Source: Marinicella sp. (lineage in GTDB: Bacteria > Pseudomonadota > Gammaproteobacteria > Xanthomonadales > Marinicellaceae). From it: a DNA stretch of 64,000 nucleotides. The notes beneath the pieces are model-generated. The model did not search any database and had not been told where the DNA came from. It saw only the letters and a program-made list of their open reading frames with translations. Positions within the stretch are counted from its first letter, which is position 1, and every line of letters starts with the position of its first letter. The position numbers and the translations under genes were made by a program. Below are positions 27,395 to 36,990 of this stretch, piece after piece. The stretch covers positions 12,886 to 76,885 of the forward strand of contig JANQRW010000074.1 in assembly GCA_028284365.1 (NCBI GenBank), read 5' to 3'.

Positions 27395-29737
27395 CTACTT
27401 TTTGGCCTTTTTAAAAGCATCCGCCAAAGCCCCAGCAAACGCCCCTTGTGGTGCAGCATTTGAGGAACTATTTTTTTTACGAGATTGGTTATGAGGCTTG
27501 TTCCTTGTTCTGGTTACTTTAGCCTTTCCAACGCCATGGCCTTGCTTGCTTACTCCTGATTTAGCACTCAATGAAATGCGTTTACGTCCCGCATCAATCT
27601 CTAAAACACGAACCTTGACTACTTGACCAGCTTTAACCACATCTGCTGGATCCTTAACGAATTGATCAGCCAATTCTGAAATATGCACCAAACCATCCTG
27701 GTGCACACCGACATCAACAAAAGCACCGAATGCAGTCACATTTGTCACAACACCCTCAAGGCTCATGCCGACCTCAAGGTCTTTGATTTCATGGACTTCA
27801 TCATTAAAAGTGGCTGTTTTGAATTCCCCTCGAGGATCACGCCCTGGCTTTTTGAGTTCTTCAATCACGTCCTTAATGGTTGCTAGACCATATTGATCAT
27901 TGGCATAATCTGCTGGATTTAACTGACTCAAAGGTCCCATTTGACCAATAACTTGCTCAATCTGTGAACCCATATCCTCCAGTATAGTCTCTACCAAAGG
28001 GTAGGACTCTGGGTGCACTGCGGATTGATCTAACGGTTGATTGCCACCGCTTATTCTCAAAAAACCAGCACATTGTTCAAACATTTTTTCACCCAAACGA
28101 CTGACTTTCAGTAATTGCTTGCGGTTGTTAAAGCTGCCATTGGCATCACGGTAGTTGATAATTTCTTGAGCAACAGATTCAGTGACACCAGACACATATT
28201 TAAGCAATGGCGCAGAGGCTGTATTGACATCAACTCCCACTTTATTCACACAATCCTCAACACAATCTCCCAAAGCTTTCGATAATTGTGCTTGATTAAC
28301 ATCGTGTTGGTACTGACCCACACCGATGGCTTTCGGATCAATCTTAACCAATTCTGCCAATGGATCTTGTAAACGTCGGGCAATTGAAACAGCACCACGA
28401 TAGGAAACATCCAAATCAGGAAACTCTTTGGCTGCCATCTCCGATGCTGAATAAACCGATGCACCAGCTTCTGAAACCATGATTTTCTGTGCTTTGATTG
28501 ACTTATTCTGTTTGAGAATTTCTGCTGCCAATTGGTCGGATTCACGCGAAGCAGTGCCATTACCAATGGCAATCAAACTCACAGCATGTTTGTTACACAA
28601 CTTAACCAAAGTTTGCTTGGCTTGCTCCCATTGTTTTTGTGGCGCATGCGGGTAAACCACAGCAGTATCCAACAGCTTACCATTCGCATCGACCACCACA
28701 GTTTTCACACCAGTTCGGTAACCCGGGTCCAAACCCAACGTCACTTTACCGCCGGCTGGTGCCGCCAACAATAAATCCTTGAGGTTGCGATTAAAGATTT
28801 GTATCGCTGCTTCATCTGATTGTTCACGCAAATGAGACAATAATTGTAAATTCAACTTCAATTGCAACTTGGCTTTCCAAGCCAATTCTACGGTTCTATT
28901 TAACCAAGCAGATCGCTCAACATCCCAGCCAGTGTGCTTAACCAATCGGCCTATAGCTGGATGTATCAGCATGCCTTCATCTAACACACCACTGTGATCT
29001 ATACTGATACTCAACACCCCTTCGTTGCGCCCTCTTAATAAGGCTAACATGCGGTGCGACGGGATCTTATCAACCGCTTCTGAAAATTCAAAGTAGTCTT
29101 TAAAACGAGCCGCTTTTTGTTCTTTTTCCTGACCGGAAACAACCCTGGATATCACAACACCCTGAGCCCATAACCATGCCCGCAATTCTTGAACCAAGTC
29201 CGCATCCTCGGACAAGTCCTCCAGGGCAATTTGACGCGCACCATCCAAAGCTTCTGCCGCATCTTTAACCTGTAATGCCTCCTCTTCATGCGCTACATTT
29301 ACAAAAGGTTTTGCTAACGTTTGTTCATCTACTGAAGGTTGTTCAATGATTTGTTTCAATAAAGGTTCTAACCCGGCTAAACGTGCTTTTTGCGCTTTGG
29401 TTTGGCGTTTCTTTTTATACGGCAGGTAGAGATCCTCTAGACGGGTTTTAGTTTCAGCAGATAATATCGACTGTTTCAGTGTATCAGTAAGTTTACCCTG
29501 CTCTTTGATGGCATTGATGATGGTTTCACGACGGTCATCCAATTCACGTAAATAACCCAAACGTTCTTCCAACTGTCGCAACTGCGTGTCATCCAAGCCA
29601 CCGGTAACTTCTTTTCTATAACGAGCGATAAACGGTACAGTATCACCGCCATCTAACAGCTCGATGGCACTTTGGATTTGAGTGTTCTTAGCATTAATTT
29701 CTGTAGCAATGATGCTGATGTGTTCTGGATTGGTCAC
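27395..29737 (-). CDS. tex: transcription accessory protein Tex (S1 RNA-binding domain protein)
   Basis: 780 aa. N-terminus I.AEI......Q...A..LL..G.TVPFIARYRKE.TGGLD, YqgF-like and HhH regions, a C-terminal S1 domain (GMSLEGVVTNVTAFGAFVDVG) and a basic tail. Confidence 0.93.
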   Translation of the reverse strand: MTNPEHISIIATEINAKNTQIQSAIELLDGGDTVPFIARYRKEVTGGLDDTQLRQLEERLGYLRELDDRRETIINAIKEQGKLTDTLKQSILSAETKTRLEDLYLPYKKKRQTKAQKARLAGLEPLLKQIIEQPSVDEQTLAKPFVNVAHEEEALQVKDAAEALDGARQIALEDLSEDADLVQELRAWLWAQGVVISRVVSGQEKEQKAARFKDYFEFSEAVDKIPSHRMLALLRGRNEGVLSISIDHSGVLDEGMLIHPAIGRLVKHTGWDVERSAWLNRTVELAWKAKLQLKLNLQLLSHLREQSDEAAIQIFNRNLKDLLLAAPAGGKVTLGLDPGYRTGVKTVVVDANGKLLDTAVVYPHAPQKQWEQAKQTLVKLCNKHAVSLIAIGNGTASRESDQLAAEILKQNKSIKAQKIMVSEAGASVYSASEMAAKEFPDLDVSYRGAVSIARRLQDPLAELVKIDPKAIGVGQYQHDVNQAQLSKALGDCVEDCVNKVGVDVNTASAPLLKYVSGVTESVAQEIINYRDANGSFNNRKQLLKVSRLGEKMFEQCAGFLRISGGNQPLDQSAVHPESYPLVETILEDMGSQIEQVIGQMGPLSQLNPADYANDQYGLATIKDVIEELKKPGRDPRGEFKTATFNDEVHEIKDLEVGMSLEGVVTNVTAFGAFVDVGVHQDGLVHISELADQFVKDPADVVKAGQVVKVRVLEIDAGRKRISLSAKSGVSKQGHGVGKAKVTRTRNKPHNQSRKKNSSSNAAPQGAFAGALADAFKKAKK

Positions 29738-29798
29738 TTTTTGTCCTGTATTTAAGTGAATAAAAAGTGGCGCATTTTAGCATGGAGAAACTGTTGTT

Positions 29799-30734
29799 TT
29801 ACAAATCCAATTTCATACCACGAAAAGCAGTGCTGTACCCATTGTGAAAAACTTCACTGGCGGCCAAACTTGATAGGTTTATCAAAGGATTGGTGTGATT
29901 AAAATGGATAAATATAATTTTATTTTTCTCCTCTGCAGGTAAATCTTTGAACAAGATCATGCTCTCTGTCACGAAAGGATGGGGTATTTCTGACATATCG
30001 CGATTAGGAATTTCATTATTGGCAAAAAAAGTTGCATCCAGTAAGGCATAATCTACTTTTTTAATCTCTTCAATGATGTCTTTGTCCCACTTTTGCCATT
30101 TATCAATATCGGGGATAAACATGGCAGTTTTATTGGGGCCTTTGATGTGATAACCAACAGTTTCGGTAAATTCATCACGATGCGGTACGGTGAATGGTGT
30201 AACCGACAGGTGTTTCGATAACTTAACTGCTTGTTGGTGCTGTAAATCCATTAACTTGATGTTGTTCAAACTGACTAACTGGCTCCAGGGGCCATTGTTT
30301 TTCAGGTACTGTTTAAACCTTGGCATGACATAAACAGGCACATTTTTTGTTCCCGCTGCCTCGCGCCCCATGTGCATCAGTCCAGTGTAATGTCCCATAT
30401 GACCATGGGTCAAAAACACACCACCTAACTTGAACCTGTCATCAGATGCTTGTTTGTGTAAATGATACATTTGTTCACGAATATCCGGTGTCGCCTCAAA
30501 TAAAAACTTCTGGTTAGCTTCGTGATCGACTACCCCTAGAGACGTTGCGTACTTCCGATTTTTAACATCATCCCAACCAGCCTGGCAATGTGGCTTGTAA
30601 CAATTCAGCTGTGGGTAGCCTGCATCTTGGGCCACACCCAAAACCACCAAGCTAACACCACCTTTTACCTCACTAAAAACTGGTGCAAATTGAAACACCA
30701 GCAGCAACATCACCACTATTTTTTTAATTGCCAT
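29799..30734 (-). CDS. secreted MBL-fold metallo-hydrolase (PqqB-like)
   Basis: Signal peptide. GVAQDAGYPQ and FLTHGHMGHYTGL motifs are typical of the PqqB/MBL subgroup. Confidence 0.75.
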   Translation of the reverse strand: MAIKKIVVMLLLVFQFAPVFSEVKGGVSLVVLGVAQDAGYPQLNCYKPHCQAGWDDVKNRKYATSLGVVDHEANQKFLFEATPDIREQMYHLHKQASDDRFKLGGVFLTHGHMGHYTGLMHMGREAAGTKNVPVYVMPRFKQYLKNNGPWSQLVSLNNIKLMDLQHQQAVKLSKHLSVTPFTVPHRDEFTETVGYHIKGPNKTAMFIPDIDKWQKWDKDIIEEIKKVDYALLDATFFANNEIPNRDMSEIPHPFVTESMILFKDLPAEEKNKIIFIHFNHTNPLINLSSLAASEVFHNGYSTAFRGMKLDL

Positions 30735-30838
30735 GTCAACACCTTTGAAAAAATAAAATAAATCATACCATGACCATTGGGCTTAGAAAAAACTTCAAAT
30801 ATATGCCATGATAACTGTTTAAAACAGATTCTACCGCT

Positions 30839-31456
30839 ATGAAAAAAATGTTTTTAAAACCATTGCTCAAAGGCTCATTGGTGGTCTTTCCTGTATTGAT
30901 TACCATTTGGGTGATTTGGAGTTTAGTTACGTGGATTGACGGTCTGGGGCGCAAAGCATTACAGCCATTTCTACTCGACCATTTGATCTTTCCTGGCAGT
31001 GGGCTAATTATTGTTATTGTGATTTTATTGGCTGTTGGTTTACTGTTCCAATTCAATTACATCAACTGGATCTTCTCCATACTGGAAAAATACATGATGA
31101 AATTTCCTTTGGTTAAAACGGTATACAGTGCAGTTAAAGACTTAGCGAGTATGTTTGACAATAACCAAAGCAAAGATCAACAAGTGGTGCTGGTAAACCT
31201 TCAGTCTGCAGGCTTGGGCTACCTGGTTGGCATGATCACCAACGCACAGTTACCTTCCGCCATTACGGGTCAATCTACCGAACCAATGGCTGATCATCAT
31301 TTAGTTGCCGTTTATTTACCTATGAGCTATATGGTTGGGGGCTATACCGTTTTGATTGAAAAGGATAAAGTGAAAGCTGTTGACTGGTCATTTGAAGAAG
31401 CCATGCGCTTTGCATTAACTGCCGGCGTATCCAAAAACCCTGAGGCCGAAAAATAG
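30839..31456 (+). CDS. DUF502-family membrane protein
   Basis: 205 aa. Two N-terminal TM helices (VVFPVLITIWVIWSLVTWID..) and a PLVKTVYSAVKD motif typical of DUF502. Confidence 0.7.
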   Translation: MKKMFLKPLLKGSLVVFPVLITIWVIWSLVTWIDGLGRKALQPFLLDHLIFPGSGLIIVIVILLAVGLLFQFNYINWIFSILEKYMMKFPLVKTVYSAVKDLASMFDNNQSKDQQVVLVNLQSAGLGYLVGMITNAQLPSAITGQSTEPMADHHLVAVYLPMSYMVGGYTVLIEKDKVKAVDWSFEEAMRFALTAGVSKNPEAEK

Positions 31457-31532
31457 AGACATTTTATTGTATATAGACAGCTTATGGCCCATTTAGTATC
31501 ATGTTCGGCTTTATCATTATCGCAAAATAACA

Positions 31533-33203
31533 ATGGCTGAATATATCTACACCATGATGGGCGTAAGCAAAACAGTACCGCCTAATCGTGAAATCATTAA
31601 AGACATATCTTTATCGTTTTTCCCTGGTGCAAAAATTGGTGTTTTGGGCTTAAACGGTGCCGGCAAGTCCACCGTGTTACGTATCATGGCTGGCATAGAC
31701 AATGAATATTCAGGTGAAGCAAGGCCACAACCAGGTATCAAGATTGGTTACCTCCCACAGGAACCTCAACTGGAAGATGATAAATCCGTCCGTGAGAATG
31801 TCGAAGCAGGTATGGGTGATGTCAAAGATTTATTGATAGCATTTGATGAAATCAACCTGAAGTTCGCAGAGCCCATGAGTGATGATGAAATGAATGAGCT
31901 GCTGATGAAACAAGCCGAGCTGCAAGAAAAAATAGATGCTGCAAATGGCTGGGACTTGGATCGAACCATGAACATGGCTGCTGATGCTTTACGCCTGCCT
32001 CCATGGGATGCCAGTGTAAAAAACCTCTCTGGTGGTGAAAAACGCCGTGTGGCACTGTGCAAACTGTTGCTGTCATCTCCTGACATGTTATTACTTGACG
32101 AGCCAACCAACCATTTGGATGCAGAGACTGTGGCCTGGTTAGAACGTTATTTACATGACTTCACTGGCACCATTGTCGCTGTTACCCATGATCGGTATTT
32201 CTTAGACAATGCGGCAGAATGGATTTTAGAATTAGACCGTGGTCACGGCATACCCTGGAAGGGTAACTACTCATCTTGGCTAGAACAAAAAGAAAAACGC
32301 CTTGAACAAGAGTCCAAACAGGAACAAGCGCATATGAAGACCATCAAACAAGAACTGGAATGGGTTCGCTCCAATGCCAAAGGAAGACGCACCAAATCCA
32401 AAGCCCGCTTGAAACAGTTTGAAGAGTTACAGTCCAAAGAGTTTCAAAAACGCAACGAAACTTCACAAATTTACATTCCGCCAGGGCCACGCTTGGGCGA
32501 TTCGGTGATTGAGTTTACAAATGTTTCTAAAGCTTTTGACGATAAATATTTGATTGACAACTTGTCATTTAAAGTACCACAAGGTGCCATAGTCGGCATC
32601 ATTGGACCTAACGGCGCCGGTAAGTCAACTTTATTCAATATGGTTGGCGGTACTGAACAACCGGATACAGGAACCATTGAAATTGGCCCAACTGTTGACC
32701 TGGCCTATGTTTCACAAAGCCGTGAAGATCTGGGACATGATCGACCTTTACATGAAGAAGTGGCTGACGGTGAGGAAATCATCAAAATAGGAAATTATTC
32801 AGTGCCAGCCAGAGCTTGGCTCAGCCGTTTTAATTTCAAAGGTGCTGACCAACAAAAACTGGTTAAGCATTTATCCGGCGGTGAGCGCAATCGCTTACAG
32901 CTAGCCAAAGTATTGAAACTTGGTGGCAACGTACTCTTATTGGATGAGCCCACCAATGATTTGGATGTTGAAACCCTACGCGCCCTAGAAGAGGCTTTGT
33001 TGGCATTCGCTGGCTCAATCATGGTAATCTCTCATGATCGTTGGTTTTTGGATCGCATCGCAACACATATTCTGGCATATGAAAATAATTCACATGTTGA
33101 GTTTTTTGAAGGTAATTACACCGAGTATGAACAAGATTACAAACGTCGCTTTGGTAAAGAACTACAGCCCGAACGTATAAAATACCGACCACTCAAAAAA
33201 TAA
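31533..33203 (+). CDS. ettA: energy-dependent translational throttle protein EttA (ABC-F)
   Basis: MAEYIYTMMGVSKTVPPNREIIKDISLSFFPGAKIGVLGLNGAGKST closely follows the EttA N-terminus. Two ABC cassettes, 556 aa. Confidence 0.95.
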   Translation: MAEYIYTMMGVSKTVPPNREIIKDISLSFFPGAKIGVLGLNGAGKSTVLRIMAGIDNEYSGEARPQPGIKIGYLPQEPQLEDDKSVRENVEAGMGDVKDLLIAFDEINLKFAEPMSDDEMNELLMKQAELQEKIDAANGWDLDRTMNMAADALRLPPWDASVKNLSGGEKRRVALCKLLLSSPDMLLLDEPTNHLDAETVAWLERYLHDFTGTIVAVTHDRYFLDNAAEWILELDRGHGIPWKGNYSSWLEQKEKRLEQESKQEQAHMKTIKQELEWVRSNAKGRRTKSKARLKQFEELQSKEFQKRNETSQIYIPPGPRLGDSVIEFTNVSKAFDDKYLIDNLSFKVPQGAIVGIIGPNGAGKSTLFNMVGGTEQPDTGTIEIGPTVDLAYVSQSREDLGHDRPLHEEVADGEEIIKIGNYSVPARAWLSRFNFKGADQQKLVKHLSGGERNRLQLAKVLKLGGNVLLLDEPTNDLDVETLRALEEALLAFAGSIMVISHDRWFLDRIATHILAYENNSHVEFFEGNYTEYEQDYKRRFGKELQPERIKYRPLKK

Positions 33204-33228
33204 AACAGAATTAATTCAAGGCATAAAA

Positions 33229-33262
33229 AAGCACCAAACCGTTGTGGCTTGGTGCTTTCTTT
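33229..33262. terminator. bidirectional intrinsic terminator between ettA and ptrB
   Basis: 9-bp perfect stem AAGCACCAA/TTGGTGCTT (33229-33257) flanked by an A-run and TCTTTC. Confidence 0.7.
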
Positions 33263-33277
33263 CAAACATTCAACGTT

Positions 33278-35491
33278 TTATTCTTTTATGCCTGCTAGTT
33301 TGAGCAAGAATGTATAATCTTGTGCTGTTTCCTTGTAATAGGAAAAGCGACCAGATGCGCCACCATGACCAGTGTCCATATTGGTTCTTAACAGCACTAA
33401 ATTATCATTGGTTTTCTTCTCGCGTAACTTAGCTGCCCATTTGGCTGGCTCCCAATACTGCACTTGAGAATCATGTAAACCGGTGGTAATCAAAATATTG
33501 GGGTAATCTTGTGCTTTCACTTGATCATAAGGCGAATAAGACAACATGTATTCGTATGAATCTTTGTTCTTGGGATTACCCCACTCGTCAAATTCACCTG
33601 TGGTTAAAGGAATGTCTTCATCTAACATGGTCGTAACCACATCCACAAACGGTACAGCAGCAATCATACCGTCGTATAACATACCATCCATGTTGGCCAC
33701 GGCACCCATGAGTAAACCGCCAGCACTACCACCCCAAGCATAAACACGTTCCTTATCGCCTATATCTTTGGCTAATAGAGCCTTGGTTGCATCAATAAAA
33801 TCAGTGAAGGTATTTTTCTTGTTGAACATTTTACCATCTTCATACCATTGACGACCCTTGGCCTGAGAACCACGAATATGCGCTATGGCATAAACAAAAC
33901 CACGATCCAGCAATGACAAACGACTTAACGAGAACCTTGGGTCAATCGAAGAACCATAGGAACCATAAGCATAAACCAACAACGGACGTTGGTTTAACTG
34001 GCCCATGCCTTTTTTGTAAACCAATGAAACAGGTACCTGCGCCCCATCTCGAGCTGTAATTTCAAAGCGATCAGATTGATATTCTTCGGAATTGTATGCA
34101 CCATTGATTTTGTCTTGTTTTAACAATTTCTTTTCATCAGAATTCAAATCTATTTCCATCACACTGCCCAACTGAGTCAATGAGTCATAGTCATAACGCA
34201 TGGTGTTTTGATTTTGTTCTGGATTATAAGCAACACTCATGGTGTAGGCAGGTTCATCTGACTGAATCAGTTTAGTTTCACCTGTCTCCCAATTCATTGC
34301 TTTCAAGTGACGTATGCCAGCTTTGCGCTGCTCAACCACCAACCAATCCTTAAATGTCTCTACCCCATAAACCAAAATTTCATCATCATGCGGTACCAAT
34401 TCCTGCCATTTGGACATGTCGGCTGAATCACCAATCTTGGCCTTCATGACTTTAGAATTTAAAGCATCCTTATTGGTCACAATAATCCAGTCCCCATTGA
34501 AATCCTCCACACTGTATTCATGCTTTGGCGTTCTTGACAAAACGGATTTGAACTCGCCTTTAGGGTCATCAGCTGGCATATAGAATACTTCTGTCAAAGT
34601 AGTAGCACCAGTGTATAACATGATGTAATCCTTAGATCTAGAAGTATAAACAGCAATGTAGAAGGTGTTGTCTTTTTCCTCATAAACCATCACATCATCT
34701 TCCACAGGTGTGCCCAACTCATGTCGAAAAACCTTGTATGGCAACAAAGTGGTTGGGTGCTTGCGGGTGTAGAAAACAGTTTTGTTATCTTTGGCCCAAG
34801 CAATAGAACCAGTGGTATTTTTAATCACATCCGGTAACATTTCACCAGTAGTCAAGTCTTTGAATCTTAAATCATATTGTCGGCGACTGACCGTATCTTC
34901 AGAGAAAGCATAGATATTATGGTCATGGCTTATACTTTGATTGTTGGAAGCATAATAGCTATGACCTTTTGCTAGCTCATTGACATCAATCAAAACTTCC
35001 TCATCCGCTTTCATACTGCCTTTTTTGCGCGCATATATCGGATACTCTTGTCCTTCGGTATATCGACTGTAATACCAATAATCATCTAATTTATAAGGTA
35101 CTGATTCATCATTTTGCACAATCCGATTAACAATCTCGTTATAAATCCGATCAGTAAATGGTTCATTGTCAGACATTTGTGTGGCTAAATAATCATTCTC
35201 GGCATTCAGATAAGCCAAAACGTCTGGGTCTTCACGGGTATCATCTCTCAGCCAATGGTAGTTATCTATCCGCTCATGCCCATGTTGGGTAAAAGTATGT
35301 GGTCTTTTCTCTGCCATCGGGGGTTGATTATTTGGCATTTTGATTTCCTCAGCTGATTTTGTTTCAACTGCCACCTCTTTAGTGGCATCTGCAGTATTTA
35401 CTTCTTTATCAGAAGACATTCGTTGACTCTCTGTCTGTTGTTGACAAGCAAGCAACATAGTAAAAAATAACACAACTAATAAGTTTTTCAT
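33278..35491 (-). CDS. ptrB: S9A-family serine peptidase (oligopeptidase B / protease II-like), lipoprotein signal
   Basis: 737 aa. Lipobox LLAC, beta-propeller region, GGSAGGLL nucleophile motif, and a C-terminal D/H region (..GLHDSQV.., ..DTGHGG). Confidence 0.85.
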   Translation of the reverse strand: MKNLLVVLFFTMLLACQQQTESQRMSSDKEVNTADATKEVAVETKSAEEIKMPNNQPPMAEKRPHTFTQHGHERIDNYHWLRDDTREDPDVLAYLNAENDYLATQMSDNEPFTDRIYNEIVNRIVQNDESVPYKLDDYWYYSRYTEGQEYPIYARKKGSMKADEEVLIDVNELAKGHSYYASNNQSISHDHNIYAFSEDTVSRRQYDLRFKDLTTGEMLPDVIKNTTGSIAWAKDNKTVFYTRKHPTTLLPYKVFRHELGTPVEDDVMVYEEKDNTFYIAVYTSRSKDYIMLYTGATTLTEVFYMPADDPKGEFKSVLSRTPKHEYSVEDFNGDWIIVTNKDALNSKVMKAKIGDSADMSKWQELVPHDDEILVYGVETFKDWLVVEQRKAGIRHLKAMNWETGETKLIQSDEPAYTMSVAYNPEQNQNTMRYDYDSLTQLGSVMEIDLNSDEKKLLKQDKINGAYNSEEYQSDRFEITARDGAQVPVSLVYKKGMGQLNQRPLLVYAYGSYGSSIDPRFSLSRLSLLDRGFVYAIAHIRGSQAKGRQWYEDGKMFNKKNTFTDFIDATKALLAKDIGDKERVYAWGGSAGGLLMGAVANMDGMLYDGMIAAVPFVDVVTTMLDEDIPLTTGEFDEWGNPKNKDSYEYMLSYSPYDQVKAQDYPNILITTGLHDSQVQYWEPAKWAAKLREKKTNDNLVLLRTNMDTGHGGASGRFSYYKETAQDYTFLLKLAGIKE

Positions 35492-35620
35492 GCGTGGCCT
35501 ATTTTTTTAAAGCAAGATAGCATACCTTGTTTTAAGCGATAATATAATCACTTCCGTAAAAAACGTGACTATAGTCATGAGTTTTTGTAATGAAATATCT
35601 TTTACGGGGTCTTTACTACC

Positions 35621-36136
35621 ATGAGCATGAAAGAAAGAAAGTTTGATGCCTTACTGGGCATCTACTATGAAGATTTGTACCGCTTCGCCTATTGGCTTGG
35701 TAAAGATGAACACATGGCCAAAGATTTAGTTCAAGAATCTTATCTTCGGGCGTGGCGTGCAATTGACTCTTTGAAAGATGAGAAAGCTGCCAAAAGTTGG
35801 ATTTTTACTATCCTGCGTCGTGAATTTGCACGTCAGTTTGAAAAGAAAAAACCCATCACCAGCAGTCTGGATGACATGGTGGTCGATGTTGAAGATAAAT
35901 CTCACCAGACTCCTGATGAATTGATGGATATTAATATCACCAGAGAAGCCATGATGAATCTAGAGCCTAAATACTCTGAACCATTAATGCTTCAAGTTAT
36001 TGGTGGATTCAGCTGTGACGAAATAGCAGAACAGCTTGAAATCAGCCCAAGCGCGGTGATGACTCAACTCTTCCGTGCCAGAAAACAACTCACAACACAC
36101 TTAAACAGGGAAAGTAAAATAGGTAACAAAATATGA
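35621..36136 (+). CDS. ECF-type RNA polymerase sigma factor
   Basis: 171 aa. Region 2 (DLVQESYLRAWRA...W.FTILRREF) and region 4 (IAEQLEISPSAVMTQLFRARKQL). Confidence 0.85.
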   Translation: MSMKERKFDALLGIYYEDLYRFAYWLGKDEHMAKDLVQESYLRAWRAIDSLKDEKAAKSWIFTILRREFARQFEKKKPITSSLDDMVVDVEDKSHQTPDELMDINITREAMMNLEPKYSEPLMLQVIGGFSCDEIAEQLEISPSAVMTQLFRARKQLTTHLNRESKIGNKI

Positions 36137-36828
36137 ACTACTTTGAATTTAAAAAAATACTGGATGCAGATCCATACTCAAAAGATCCTGATTTCCTTGA
36201 AGCAAAAAACAGTGACATGCGTTGTTACCGAACCTATCAGGAAGCCATAAGAAAAGAACAAATTTTAAAGTCGGCACTGGAAATTCCAGTACCACAACAT
36301 AACATACAACATATCAAATTCAGACAGGCACAAGCTAAACAAAACAGCAGACGCAGTCAGTTTTTCGCGATGGCCGCCTCTGCCATCCTGATGATTGGAG
36401 CTGGCTTGTTCTTCTTAAATAACAGTCAGAGTTCAGAACTGGAAAAATTCATTAACGAAGCATTAATGATGGAACCAACAGTTTATATGTCCGATGATGA
36501 GATTCCACATGGCAAGCTAGAACCTCTGTTTGCCAGTATCAATACAACCATGAATGGTAGTTTGGGTGACGTACACTTTATGAAACTCTGCCCTACTTTA
36601 AATGGTAAAGGTGCACGTATGGTGGTGATGAATGAATTAAACCAGCCCATCACGGTACTTTACATGCCTAATTCACCGGTTGATGATGCGATCAACATGC
36701 AAATGGATGGATTCAAAGGCAAAATCGTGGCTTTGGAACAAGGCTCTGCTGCTATCATTGCCAGACCACACGAAAGTACGGCACAAATTGAAACTGCGTT
36801 ATTTAACACCCTTAAGCCCATACAATAA
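36133..36828 (+). CDS. anti-sigma factor, DUF3379-like single-pass membrane protein
   Basis: Overlaps the sigma gene by 4 nt. One TM helix (FFAMAASAILMIGAGLFFL) and a C-terminal CP....G..ARMVV......ITVLYMP pattern as in DUF3379. Confidence 0.7.
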   Translation: MNYFEFKKILDADPYSKDPDFLEAKNSDMRCYRTYQEAIRKEQILKSALEIPVPQHNIQHIKFRQAQAKQNSRRSQFFAMAASAILMIGAGLFFLNNSQSSELEKFINEALMMEPTVYMSDDEIPHGKLEPLFASINTTMNGSLGDVHFMKLCPTLNGKGARMVVMNELNQPITVLYMPNSPVDDAINMQMDGFKGKIVALEQGSAAIIARPHESTAQIETALFNTLKPIQ

Positions 36829-36990
36829 CAAACCCTCACCTCATAATCTGGCGTCATCAGGATAGATGTCGCCGGATTTCTCGAGACGCTCAATGTCATA
36901 AAAAGCTAAATGGTTCATATTTGCCATGACTTTAAATACTTCAATTGTTAAAATGCGGTTATATGCACATTTTCTCAATTGAGGGTTTTT